A stretch of DNA of 64,000 bases from Octopus bimaculoides (GCF_001194135.2 NC_069000.1:1028773-1092772), one strand, 5' to 3'. Positions 11,249-23,848 are shown, counted from the stretch's first letter. Notes: a model not told the origin generated them from the sequence alone. A program made the numbers and translations.

Positions 11249-12033
11249 GTATCTACACGTCCACCATGTCAAATGTATCTAATGAGTTTATGACTGGAGT
11301 CACTCCAGCTCGATGGACCTTTGGTATCTGGGGAGTAATCTACTTCTGGATGGCTGCCTGGATCATCTACTGCCATGCTGCTATCTTCATTAAATGGGAC
11401 GGTGATTACTTGTATAAAAACGATGTATTTGCACCTGGCATCTTTTTTGTCCTTTATAGCATCAACCTGATTCTCAACTTCACTTGGCTCATTCTCTTCG
11501 ACAGAAAGCTCATTGTTGCTTCTTTCTTTGTTCTCCTTGCATTGGCAATCACTGCCGTTGCATGCTTATGCATAGCCATGTACGCGTTTAAGAAGGGAAT
11601 GCAAAACATTGCCCAATCTGAATTCAAGCTCCACTTCTGGCTCATCCAGATCCTAATGTTCAACGGCATTGCCTGTTACGCTACATGGCTGACCATAGCC
11701 ACTAACCTAAACCTCAACATTGCTCTGACATATGCATGGAATTTTAATGGAGACACAGTGATTCTTATCGTCCTGCTTTTTATTGGTGCAACAATTATTT
11801 CAGCAGACATGATTATCTTTGAGAAACATACTCTTTACATTATCACACCTTATTTGGTTCTGGTGGTTGCCCTCTATGGCGTTGTTGATGAACATGTTGA
11901 TATAGAGGACTTGTCTCGTATTGGTATATTCATGATAGTTGTACTGGCCCTCTTCTGTGGTGGTCTTCTCTATAAAATTGTTGCAACTATTTGGAGACAC
12001 TTCCGATGTCAACGGCCTGCAGCACTAATCTAG
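11249..12033 (+). CDS. Paralog B: large terminal coding exon of the same TSPO-like multi-pass membrane family
   Basis: Acceptor ctttctAG at 11247-11248. Phase-1 start gives (G)IYTSTMSNVSNEFMTGVTPARWTFGIWGVIYFW...YATWLTIATNLNL...IWRHF, stop TAG at 12031-12033 (785 nt). Length differs from A and C by multiples of 3. Confidence 0.92.
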
Positions 12034-12260
12034 AACAGCTTCCTCCAAGTCTTTGTCTCTCACCCATTTCTTTGCTTGCACTATTTTTCAATCCTATAAA
12101 AACTCCTGATAACCAAGATGGTATTTTATTTGGGCTTTCTCCTCCATTCTTAGCTTCTTCTGTCTTGCTCAGTTGTTTCATTTTCCATCAGTAAAGCTTT
12201 GTCATTTTAATCTCATCAAAAATATACAAAAAAAAAATTAATTTTTCTAATTAGTAATTA

Positions 12261-12446
12261 CTTTATTTAGTGGCATATAAGACACTTACTTCCCCTCAAA
12301 ATTGTCTCAGAATATCCTCCAGGGTCCTATATGTAATGTTGGGCCTACATGCTTTAATACACTAAATGTTTTTTCTCTCACTATGTGCTGTCGAAATTGG
12401 GGATGCATTTAAGATGGCCAAGTGTCTTTTATGCCAACAAATACGG
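12261..12446. mobile_element. MITE with about 25-bp terminal inverted repeats and TA flanks (Tc1/mariner-pogo-like)
   Basis: Left TA-CTTTATTTAGTGGCATATAAGACAC; right end reverse-complemented TA-CCGTATTTGTTGGCATAAAAGACAC (20/25 match). Confidence 0.7.
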
Positions 12447-12785
12447 TACCTTATTATTCCATTTATTTCGGAGTTTTGGGAGTATTTTTCGGTTTTTCTG
12501 CTTCAAAGACAAGTTGCTTCATTTCTTCCATTATGGAATATTAAGTGCAAATTGTTAAAATTTATAGATTTGCACTTTGTATTTTCTGAAACCTTGCAAC
12601 TTTCACGTCTTTCTTCGTTTGTCGCTTCAATCAATTTCACAATCTTGTTAATTAATTGTCCTTCACCTTGACATAATAATGGCTTTGCTCTCGTTAACTC
12701 TTGTCTCAATTCTGACACAAATTACACACACTAAATTACTGAAATGTCTTTAACTCAAGTTAAAAGTGTGTGTGTCTGTGTGTGT

Positions 12786-13075
12786 GAAGGCATGTGGCCT
12801 AGTAGTTAGGGAGTTGCACTCACGATAGCTAGATTGTGGTTTCAATTCCTGGACTAGGTGGTACATTGTGTTTTTGAATGAGCAATTCATCTCATATTTC
12901 TCTGGTTCACTCAGGCGTAAATGAGTTACCCTGCAAAGGGCCAGCCTCCCAATCAGGCGGAATGTTGGCCTCTTCACCTAGCTTGTGGGGTAGCAGCATC
13001 TGAAAGCTAAAACAATGCAAAGTGCACTGTGACCAGCGATGTGGAACAACATCTGATAGTCTGGTTGATCACCAT
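12786..13075 (+). mobile_element. SINE with tRNA-like head (A and B boxes)
   Basis: A-box-like tggcctagtagttagg (12795) and B-box-like ggtttcaattcc (12838), followed by non-tRNA body; similar copy at 48845-49017. Not a functional tRNA. Confidence 0.7.
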
Positions 13076-13087
13076 GATATATGTATA

Positions 13088-13119
<32 letters not shown>

Positions 13120-14084
13120 ATGTTTGTTTTTATGTCAAGAGATATATAAAAACCATTTAAGATTAAACTGAAGAATTGTTTAATACTTTATAGTTGAGTA
13201 AATGTTTATTAAATTTTTACAAAGGAAAGGATTCACCTCTATCAGACTGTCTGACAAAGGTGAGGAAACCAAAACTTCAAAGTTACTGTTAACCTTTCCC
13301 TGGTAAAAGTTACACACACACACACACATAAATATTGTGTCATTGTCGACCAATTGATTTTATGTTGTATTGTTATTGCATAGTGCCAGATGCACAATTT
13401 GAAAAATAAAAAACTGGATGGTCACAGTTGGAACCGCTTTCATTGTAGGTATGTTTAATCAGGGTTGACTTGGTGCTATATACAACTTTTTTATCTCATC
13501 CATCATCTCCCGTCTTTACAGCATCTTTACAGCATCTCCCTCATCATAACGTCCATTTAAAGCCAGTGAAAGAGGCAACCACCATTCTGCAAATGGTTCT
13601 GGTTTTATTTGAAATTATTTTAATTCTTAACATTGTTATCATTGGGCTTGTGGTGTTCAAATCTTACCATGGTTGATTTTGTTTTTCAACTTTCCAGGGT
13701 CAATAAAATAAACACCTGTCTGTCATGTACTGATTTCAGTTTAGCCAACCATGCCCTTCCCTTACAAATTTGTATCATTGTATTCCTACAATTATTATCA
13801 GCAACTTTTATTTTTTTAAAGTCAGTTTTTTCTCATAACTTTTCCTTTCGCTCAAAGTCATCTATTTTCATGTATTGATCTATTGATCTTTTCAAAATTA
13901 CTCAAGCTGAAGGGAGTTCCTTTTAATCCTTTCCAATATGATTCTCAAACAATAAAGATGGAACATGTAACTAGAAATCAGGAAATTCTTTAACCCATTC
14001 CTAAAAAAAGACACCGTCCAATTTGTTTTTGAGCTAATTTTGAAAGCAATAAAGTATTTGGAAGGAATTGATCAAACAAAATTA

Positions 14085-14650
14085 CGATATTCGCTGGTGT
14101 ATAAGACACACTCTCATGTAAGATGCATTTCTGTTTTACAAATATATTTTGTGGAGAAAAACAAATGTTTCATCGCACACTTATTTGAAGACATTTTAGG
14201 CTGGGGGGGGGGGCAATGCATGTTTCTGTGCAAGTAGATACAATACTGTGACAGTATACAGCAATAAAGTTTGAAACTATAAATAAACTGTTACATATAA
14301 GTATTGTATTTCAAATTTATCTTGCTTTAGTTCAAAACTGATTGTGATGTTTTGTGTTACAACAATCTGCCACCAGGGTGCTGAACCACTGCTATGATTT
14401 TGGTGTCATCCACTCATTGCAAAATCCTGACAGGCATATGAAAGGTTAACGAAACATTCCTTTCATCTTTCTTGGGGAATTTTCACTTAAATAATAACAA
14501 AAAGAAACTTTCTTAAATGTAATGCAGTCCTTAAATAAGACATATATCAGGTGTGGGTTATGTATGAGTTGATGTAACCAGTTGACAGGGGCAGTTTTTT
14601 AATAAATTTAGAAATAAAAAGAAACATGTCTTATACACTGGCAAATACCA
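14085..14650. mobile_element. MITE with related TIRs and TA flanks (pogo-like), 566 bp
   Basis: Left TA-CGATATTCGCTGGTGTATAAGACAC; right end reverse-complemented TA-TGGTATTTGCCAGTGTATAAGACAT; most mismatches are CpG-type transitions. Confidence 0.75.
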
Positions 14651-15119
14651 TAACATTTGTTTATCAAGCTGGTTTTTGGAACATAACGTAATGGGGTAAA
14701 GTTCTGATGTAAAACTGTTAGAATATAAATATTTAAATTAAAGGGTCTCGAATTACAGAACAATTAATTTAAACTCATCAGAACTAGTAACATTCTTTCA
14801 AAAACCTGAAGGTCGTGTCAGACAGGATGGACTCCATTTATTTCGTTATAGAAATCTTGGCTATTTTGTTCTGTTATCCTCTCTTGTTTTTTTCATATCT
14901 TTTTATATTCTTTTAAAGTTGTAACTTTAAATATATTTTTATATTTTCTTTGTATTTTATAAATTCTCATGTTGATTGTTCTGTAACTACATGTGTACGT
15001 GAACCTGCACTAGTTTACATACCTACTATCTACTTATATATATATCTATCTATATATTACATTACATTTATGTATATGTGTATATTAATTTATCACATTT
15101 TCTTCTGTGTACCTGACTC

Positions 15120-15157
<38 letters not shown>

Positions 15158-15755
15158 TTTATATATGGATGTTTCTTAATATCCATTACACAATAATGTA
15201 AGATTAAGATGTATGCTTTATTAATTCAGTTTTATTTCATCACCAAAATATCCATGTTGCCTTAAACCAATCTAAATGGACATATAAAATTCATAAGGTC
15301 TATTTCTTCTTGTGGCTGCTATCAATACAATTATTTATTTTTAATTATTAACCATGACATAACTGAAATCTCTCACATTTCCAGCACATGCATCCCTTTC
15401 TTGTACATCACACCACCTTTACATATTTTGTACAACATATAAAAATAACCTCCACTTTTTCTTTTTTCTTCCTTTATTTGGCTTTTTGTGCCTTGGGTTT
15501 TGTCTTACTAAATTCTTTGTATCTGCTCCCCGCTTTTTTTTTCTACTTGGTAACACTATGCCTTCTGCAATCAGGCATCAAATACCACAACATTAAAACT
15601 TCTCTATTTTGTCAGAAGAATAACTAAGACAATTTGCAATCTCATCTCAAACATGAGAGACTGGAATATAAAAGGCTTGAAAAGTATTCGACTTTGCATT
15701 TGTAAACTCTATTTGTGCATTTGTATGTATGCACATACATATCTACATGTGTATG

Positions 15756-15792
<37 letters not shown>

Positions 15793-16383
15793 TGGCTCAT
15801 TGGATCCTGTTAAACTGTCCAACCCATGCCAGCATAGAAAATGGGTATTAATTGATGACACACACACACAACCACAGAACAGACTGCATATTTGATTATC
15901 TTTATTCTTAGGGGTTTTTTTCTTGAAAATAATATTGAATATGTTATTATTCTCAAAAGAAAGAAAAATTTACTTTCTACGACAGCTTTTGATAGAGACT
16001 TTGTGCTAATACAATAAAACGTCTCTGATCTTTTATTCCAGACAAACAACCATCAACTTAGGTCTATACAGTTTAACATCTCTGTCATCTCAAGCATTGC
16101 TGTCAGGTATAAAGGGAGGGAAAGACACCACAAGGCATTTTGCTCAATCTTCTAACATGGAAGACAGATAGAGTTGCCATGTAAATGACATGAAATATTT
16201 GCAGCACAGTTGCAAAGTGTTGTAAAAACTAAATTTAAATTGATTGTTTTTCTTTCTCATAAACGTAGTCAATTATGTCTCCCATGCTGTGAGATGTCTG
16301 TGTGTGTATGTGCACACACATATATATACATACATATTTTTACATACATACCATCTAAAAACAGGCGTTAAAGGATGATGATG

Positions 16384-16425
<42 letters not shown>

Positions 16426-16657
16426 GTGTGTGTATGTATAAATATATACACACACACACATTATCCAGTTTACCTTCTCCATTTTCTTTTCCCATTTCTT
16501 TCTCTTCTTGTCTATCCTTCCTTCTTTTCAGAAGAAGAGTGAATACTCGAAACATAAAAGACATGCTCTTCTTTTTTTGCCAGTTCTTTATTGTCAACCT
16601 AATACACTCTTTTTTTTTGCCCCCTTTTTTTTTTTAACTCTATTGTATTTTTTGCAC

Positions 16658-16722
<65 letters not shown>

Positions 16723-16864
16723 GCTTTTTGTAAAACTACAAATCTATATTTGTATTTCTACTTTGGTTTGGCAATAAATATTCTGATGCACAGACGATGA
16801 TATTGTAGTTGTGTTTTCACTTTGATACCCCTGTGGCAAATAAAAGAAAATTATATTAATTACT

Positions 16865-17023
16865 TTTACTCATTCATTCCATTTTTACATTCTGAATTCA
16901 AATGCTACCAAGGTTGACTTTGCCTTTCATCCTTTCAGGGTCAATAAAATAAGTACCAGTTATGCACTGGGGGTTGATGCAGTCAACTAACCACTCCCCC
17001 TAAACTTGCTGGCCTTTGAAACA

Positions 17024-17065
<42 letters not shown>

Positions 17066-17315
17066 ATTATTATTATTATTATTATTAATATTATTATTAT
17101 TATTAATATTATTATTATTATTATTATTATCAACATGGTGAGGTAGCAGAATCGTTAGCACACCAGGCCAAATGCTTAGCAGTATTTTGTCCATTTTTAC
17201 ATTCTAAGGTCAAATTTCGTCAAAGTTGACTTTGCCTTTCATCCTTTTGATGTCAACGGAATCAACTTACCTCCTCTCTCAAAATTTCAGGCCTTGTGCC
17301 TATAGTAGAAAAGAT
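16865..17315 (+). mobile_element. Two to three family-1 SINE copies/fragments around a long (ATT)n run
   Basis: Core motifs at about 16890-16970 and 17135-17260; (ATT)n with periodic AAT at about 17025-17130. Confidence 0.8.
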
Positions 17316-17699
17316 TATTATTATTGCTATTATTCGTGATCTGAGTAATACATGAAGAGAGTTTTTCTTGAACCAGGGACTTAGGTATATCTTGGAGCAC
17401 AAATGTGCAGAGAAGAGTTCAAGGTTAACAAAGGAGTTCATGAGTAAAGAAATGTCTAAGGTTAACACAGCATGTCCAACATTAACAAATATTCTGTGTT
17501 CTAATGCCCTAACAATGTTTACAGATCTTCGTACTGCTATTTTCAGGAACACGCCTATGTCCACCTTAGAGGGAATTTATCAATGCCCTTACAGAAATAG
17601 TTATGTATCACTCCCATTTAACTAATTACCTATATGCTCATTAGACACAAATTAACAGCTAGGTTGGTGTCATTGAGTTTCTTTCAACTTCCGTCACAT

Positions 17700-18330
17700 T
17701 ATAATCACTTTTATATTTCCCTTTGTCAAAAATTGATAGACTTACAGCCTATGGTGAGGAGTTTTGGAACCATGTGCAATGTTATTGAGAGGTGCCAGAA
17801 TCTTTGAGCAGGAAGGACATCTTCTAAGGATGATTCTATGTGTGGATGGCTTTCTACATTAACAAATGATGATGACATTGTGAAAGTGTTTGTGGGGAAC
17901 CATGAAAATCATGACTTATTATCCATGAAGTTTCCCAAGAAGCAGGCATTTGTACAAGTCCATGGCACATAAGTTTAAAAGAAATATTGCAGATGCCTTA
18001 TGTCACTGCTAAGTCTGTGCTGTGTCCGATGACAAACGAAAAAGAGAACTGAGTCACATTTGAGTGCTGAGGAAAATTTTCTGTTGAATTTCTTAAATAA
18101 GTAATTAAACATGGCTGCATGGAAGTGTGGCAATAATGACGGAATGGTGAGGCAGCCATTATAGCAAACTGGATCATCATCACTGTAATCAAAGAAGAAT
18201 AAAGCATACCAAAGTCGCTCAAGTGTGAAGGTGATGTTGGTCTTTTAATTAATAGAAAGTCATTGTTCATCATGTGTTTGCTCCATGGAATCAGGGAATC
18301 AATAAAGCAAGGTGCAAGGAATTTCTTTAT
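17700..18330 (+). mobile_element. Degenerate mariner (DD34D-type) transposase remnant
   Basis: Frameshifted pieces read AYGEEFWNHVQCY, GRTSSKDDSMCGWLSTLTNDDDIVKV, LKEILQMPYVTAKSV and QSRSSVKVMLVF, in the order of mariner HTH, linker and catalytic-domain motifs. Confidence 0.75.
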
Positions 18331-18394
18331 TCCACAGGTTTTTGACAGCAAAGAATGACATGGAGTGCCAGCACTAGCATCACCTCACTCAAGA

Positions 18395-18432
18395 GGTCAG
18401 GGTCAGGGTCAAGGTCAGGGTTAGGGTCAGGG
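18395..18432 (+). repeat. Short telomere-like hexamer array (TCAGGG)n with one TTAGGG
   Basis: ggtcagggtcagggtcaaggtcagggttagggtcaggg. Confidence 0.7.
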
Positions 18433-18617
18433 CACAACATAGACACACACACACACTTCTGTACATATTGGAGGCAGACTGGGGATTCACTAGTCTGAAC
18501 ATTCTGTTGCTTTAAAGTACCTTTTTATCATTAATAGGGTTATGATAATGAGCAGAGATGTTGAATTCCATGTGAGCCTGTTGTCTTCACAATTTCTTCA
18601 AGGATATACACATGCCC

Positions 18618-18684
<67 letters not shown>

Positions 18685-18925
18685 GTAAATCCAAAAAAGA
18701 ACAAACACAAAAAAAAACAACAGCATGAGGACATGGTACATGTAAAGTATTAGCAGACGCTCAGGGAAGGAAAAAAAGATGGTTTAACATTTCAAGCAAA
18801 CGCTCTTCTTCGGAAACAGAGGAAAGTCCAATAAAAAGGAAAACAGAGGAAGAAAATCAACAACGATTCACATGTGGTTACATATGCTTTTATAGGTGTA
18901 TATATTGTATGTATATATATACATA

Positions 18926-19820
18926 TACTAGCTGACGTACTCGGTAATTCCCAGGAAAGCAGAGCTTATCCCTTGGTTCAGTTCTCATAATTGTTTCACT
19001 AATCCAGTAACAACAATACAAAGCATGTAGCCCTTAAACAGTTTTTGTGCATTTACAGAGAATACCGAACTGTCTTATACAGGATCTTGTTTTTAGGGAT
19101 TCGCAATAAGTTATGAAAACCCAAATTGTGAAGTCAGTTATGTAATAACATGAAATTAGTTACCTGATAGTAAGAATTCAAATAAAGTAGCCCTGAAAAG
19201 TGCTTTGATGCATTCCCAGAGTATATAGAACATAGGAGGAAATACTAAGGTATGCTAAAATTGTGAAGCATGTTACGTAATAACAGGATAATCAGATATG
19301 AGTTAATAATTCAAAGTAAATAACCCAGAAAAGGACTTTTGTGCGTTCCCAGAGAATATTATCCTCAGGGGCGCTAGTGTTGGTATATTCGTGAATAAGT
19401 CACTAACTGAAATAAGGGATCTATTGTTTAGAAAAATACTATTTATTTGTTTAAGGATTGTACTGAATAAATTGTGAAAATAGTATTAGTCCAAATACTA
19501 AGAAATGAGCATACTCATTTACCAAATAATTTAGGAAAATTGAGTTATTTCCATTGGCTATATATAAGGATCCCTACTAGGGGCGAATGGGTTATTTCTC
19601 TTGGCTTTAAAAATAAACATATTAGATATATATATAAGGATCCCTTCCAGGGGCCCTATTATCGATGTTTTTAAACAATCTGAGTATGCCACGTAGTTTC
19701 CAGACATGAATTCTAGTCATGTGTCAAGTTTCATCAAAATCGATAAAACGATGTAGGAGGAGTTAGCTAACAACTCCACAAACACCCCCACAGACAGAAT
19801 TTCCCACATATGGAGTAGAT
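18926..19820 (+). mobile_element. Non-autonomous Helitron/Helentron-like element with an internal ~137-bp duplication
   Basis: Starts TACTAGCTGACG and ends ...tgtcaagtttcatcaaaatcg...acagacagaatttcccacatatggagtagat, like Lep1/DINE-type elements. Diverged repeats begin near 19122 and 19258 (aaattgtgaag...gttaygtaataaca...ttcccagag). Confidence 0.6.
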
Positions 19821-20426
19821 ATATACAGATACACACAAATTTCACTCAAAGGTATTGATCAATGTACAGCTGTAGTAGAAGACACCAGCAACACTCTGAA
19901 ACGTAAAGTATAATTCCCAAATTAACTTCTTAACCACCAAGATATGCCTATACCTTTATTTCACATACAGGTGTGTGTGTGTGTGGAGAGAGTGGCTGAT
20001 ATGAGGAAGGGCATCCAACCATAGAAATAAAAAAACATAATGAAACCTAATTAAGATGTCGTCCTCAACCCAACTAGGAGGGCAGTAATTCTGAATAGAA
20101 ATGAGATGGACATAACAACCTAGCCAACCCATTTGACGATAATATACAGATATTGTGGATGTGTACATACAATATATATAAACATATATGCATGTGTGTG
20201 TGTGTGTGTGTGATTTATTTATTCATTTAAGAGTTCGCACTACGCTTATTTAGGAACCAGGTTGTCTTAAGTAACTGAGGAGGGCAGAGGGTCGAAATGA
20301 TTGTAGTGTAAACCATTTGGATAAAAAAAAAGAAAAGGAACTAGTGTACACTTGCTTTTTTGTATTGAGTACTACATATGAACGTAATCAACTTCAATTG
20401 AACCAATTTCAGTGAAGTAAGACATG

Positions 20427-20473
<47 letters not shown>

Positions 20474-21946
20474 CTATTTGATAATATCGTATACTTTCTG
20501 TTGTCAGATAACTCTAACATACATCATCACTGAGTGTATATATATAACTACAACTTATAAATAAGTCCTGGCTGTGTAGAATAATAGGAGCTGCTGCTGC
20601 TGTCATTAAAGTGGTTATTGTTAAACACAGCGACATAAGTTACATAACAGCTTGTGAATAATACTCGTTATGTAAACGTTTAACTTTGATCTTACATAAC
20701 AAACTGTTTCACTCGAATGTTCTGTAACCATTTAAAGGGGTGGAGAGTCAGACAAAACCACCCTGTGGTATTTACTTTCACCTATCTCTGTCCCAAAGTT
20801 CAAATCCTGCCGAAGTCAACTATGCCTTTTCAGCTCTATTTACTTAAGCCCTTCGTGCTCCCTATGGGGGCACACACAGAGAGGCCATCGACTTTTTCCA
20901 ACCGCTCTCAATTCTGGGTCGTCTTTTCAATCCCTGTTTTTTCGCTCTACTTCTGTATTATCCTACCGCCAGTTATTTTTAGGATTTCCTCTCTTCATCA
21001 CCCTTGCAGATTCTTGACCGGGGCCTGACGTGTAAATAATGGTTCCTTGATGGAAGCCCTTCCCATCTTTCACAAATCTTGTTAGTTTTCAGTTATCCAT
21101 TTACAGTGACTAGGGACCACTTTCGGAATAGCTGCCCCTATAAATTGCAATTTCTCCAGTTTGGCCAGGATTTTTCCAGATGAAATTTTTTTAATACACA
21201 TTTTAAAATTAAAACAAAACAAAAAAAATATTATTTGGCAATCCTTCGGTATTGGTCTATAGAGTATCAGTATGAGGAGACATTATTCACCGTCCTTTTC
21301 AGCCTCGCCTCTGTGATTCGGAAAAGGTTGAGGACGAATGACGTCTACCATTACCGAAGGATTACACATATTTTCGTTTGAAGCATCACATTTTTGCCTT
21401 TTCACAATATCTTTCATCATTTTATTGTTGCATTCCACATTCTCAAATATTTGCAATTCGAATTAAAATGAAATTTTTAAAATTCCTACCTCTTCCTACT
21501 CTGATCATACATTTCGTAATTAAAATGAATTTTTTTTTTCGTTAATTTTGTTTTCTTTTTCTTTTTTTTATACTTTTGCCATTCCCTCCACAAGTGACCC
21601 TCCACATCGATCTTATTTAGGTCAAACTAAAGCGTTTGACTCATAAACAATATAGAAAGACCTTGGTGGGTGCATACAGACATACAGTTTTCATTTTGTT
21701 TCATTTTGTAGGTATTCGTGTAAGCGCCCACCAGTTTCTTTTTACATTAAATTACTTCTATAATCGTAATCTTCTCTACCAGGAAAGTAATTGTGAAAAT
21801 CTCATTAAAAAACATTCATTTTTCAGAAAGTTACGAGGAAGGAAAATCGGTGGAGAAGGTCACTTGTGTTGGAAGGCCAAGCTTTTTCTCAATACGGCAT
21901 AAAAACTGAATTGAGAGAATTAAAAGAAGAATATAATAACACTTAC

Positions 21947-22314
21947 CTTATTTAGTTGACATAATTCTCATCAAATTTCATTTCATAAATCGTTTTTTCA
22001 TCTTTCACAAAAGACAACAGTTTTTATAGTCAAGAGATATTTTAGGGGTCTCATTATGCTTTTCTTCAATTAAAAAAATATTCTTTTCTACATTTAAAAT
22101 GACTGAAATTTTTGATACTTCTTTCAAAATATTATTTTGTTTCGTTTTCTTTTTTTTGGCGATAAAAGTCCTTCTTTTGTAATTCAGGAAAGATACAATG
22201 GCGCGGGGGGAGGGGCGGTGTAAATATTTAACTTACTTTTTGTTTTGTTTTGTCTTTCTAAGTAATTCGAATTCCAAAAGTTTCAGAATGTAGAATAAAT
22301 ATAATAAAATGGCG
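21947..22314 (-). promoter_or_regulatory. Candidate promoter and short first exon in a CpG-rich patch
   Basis: Minus-strand TATAAAA (22028-22022) followed about 75 nt later by a perfect donor AAG|GTAAGT (exon end 21947); GC box 22212-22218; YY1-like AAAATGGCG 22306-22314. Confidence 0.3.
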
Positions 22315-23396
22315 AGAAATAAATTAAAATGTATTTTTAAAAAAACAAACTATAATAATGATTGTTGTTCTGAAGGGTTACGATAAGGTGGTGGTGGTGG
22401 TTGGGGGGGGGGNNNNNNNNNNNNNNNNNNNNTATGGATTAATTTTTTTCTTTCTTTTAAGTTGTTTCCCTCCTATTGTTTTGAAATATGTATTAAAAAG
22501 ATATTTGGATAACTTCCAACTAAACAGAAAGATTCTATCGTATGTAGGACAGCTATTCCAAAAGTCAACCCAAGTCAGAGACTGGGGTCGATATTAACTA
22601 TAATCCTTCACCGAGTTTGGGAAAGTTTTTTGGTTGATATTTGAATAGGATTGATAATGAAACCCAAACAATATGGGGAAAATATAAGAAATACACTTGC
22701 GTAATCGGAGTAATACTTAAAAGTCACTGATTAAATGCCATTATTACTAATTTTCTAAAATCTATTGTACAAACATCGTAACAAAAAGAATACACTTCTT
22801 ATAAATATATTTGAAAGTAATTGCAAATTGGAAACTTATTTAAACACACATGCAGACGTATTTACTACATATGTAGACAGATGGTGAGAGAGAGAGAGAC
22901 ATATATGCACACACTTTTTGTCTGACAAACAAGAGAAAGAGTTCTACATAGGCGTTTGTGAGTATAGTGTTTGACATATGGTGATTTACTCCAATGCTTT
23001 TCAAATTTTCTTGGTGGGATCTTTTAGAAGACAACAATAACGATAGTCCATTTTTGTTATTTATAATTATAAGCAGACTTTTGTGATGAGAACAACCATT
23101 GTCCAAATTACTAATTCTGGTTAAAAACAACAACAAACGATAATGGGAACAACTGTGAAATTTTAATAATGTAAATTAATTGAATATAAAATACAGTCGG
23201 AGAATAAGTCTGACATCTAACAGGCTAAGTTTCAATGTTATTGGACCTCATCAGCTAAGCATGGTCTAACTATTACTGCGGAACTCAAACGATTAGAGCA
23301 GTAAATCATATGTTTGTGAATGAACCCATCCTTCACCCACTTTACTATCAAGTTTTCATGCAGCAGAAACCCTACATATTCCCCCCAGTCATTTCA

Positions 23397-23455
<59 letters not shown>

Positions 23456-23465
23456 TATATATATA

Positions 23466-23734
23466 ATCATCATCATCATCCGTTTTCCATACTGGCATGG
23501 GTTGGACGGTTTGATTGGGGTCTGGGAAGTCAGGAGGCTGCACCAGGCTCCAGTCTAATCTGGCAGAGTTTCTACAGCTGGATGCCCTTCCTAACACCAA
23601 CCACTCCAAGAGTGTAGTGGGTGCTTTTTACGTGCCACCGGCATGGGAGCCAGTCAGGCGGCACTGGTAACGACCCATGCATGAATGGTGCTTATTGCAT
23701 ACCACTAGCCAATGCCGCCTGGCACATAAAAAGT
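23466..23734 (-). mobile_element. SINE family 3 with (GAT)n tail
   Basis: (CAT)n...ttttccatactggcatgggttggacggtttg...ggctgcaccaggctcc...ttctacagctggatgcccttcc. Other copies at about 2131-2259 (-), 9673-9830 (-), 40790-40940 (+), 49140-49290 (-), 51860-51975 (-). Confidence 0.8.
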
Positions 23735-23766
23735 ACCATTCAACAATAAAGTATATATGCTATTTA

Positions 23767-23816
<50 letters not shown>

Positions 23817-23848
23817 TAAATAGCATATATACTTCATTGTTGAATGGT
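23735..23848. repeat. 114-bp palindrome centred on (AT)19 with one mismatch
   Basis: Positions pair as i + j = 47583; the only mismatch is A23748/C23835. Confidence 0.95.

Noticed and set aside
12786-12860. tRNA gene (also 48845-48910)
   Set aside because: Has A/B boxes but no complete cloverleaf and continues into a SINE body.
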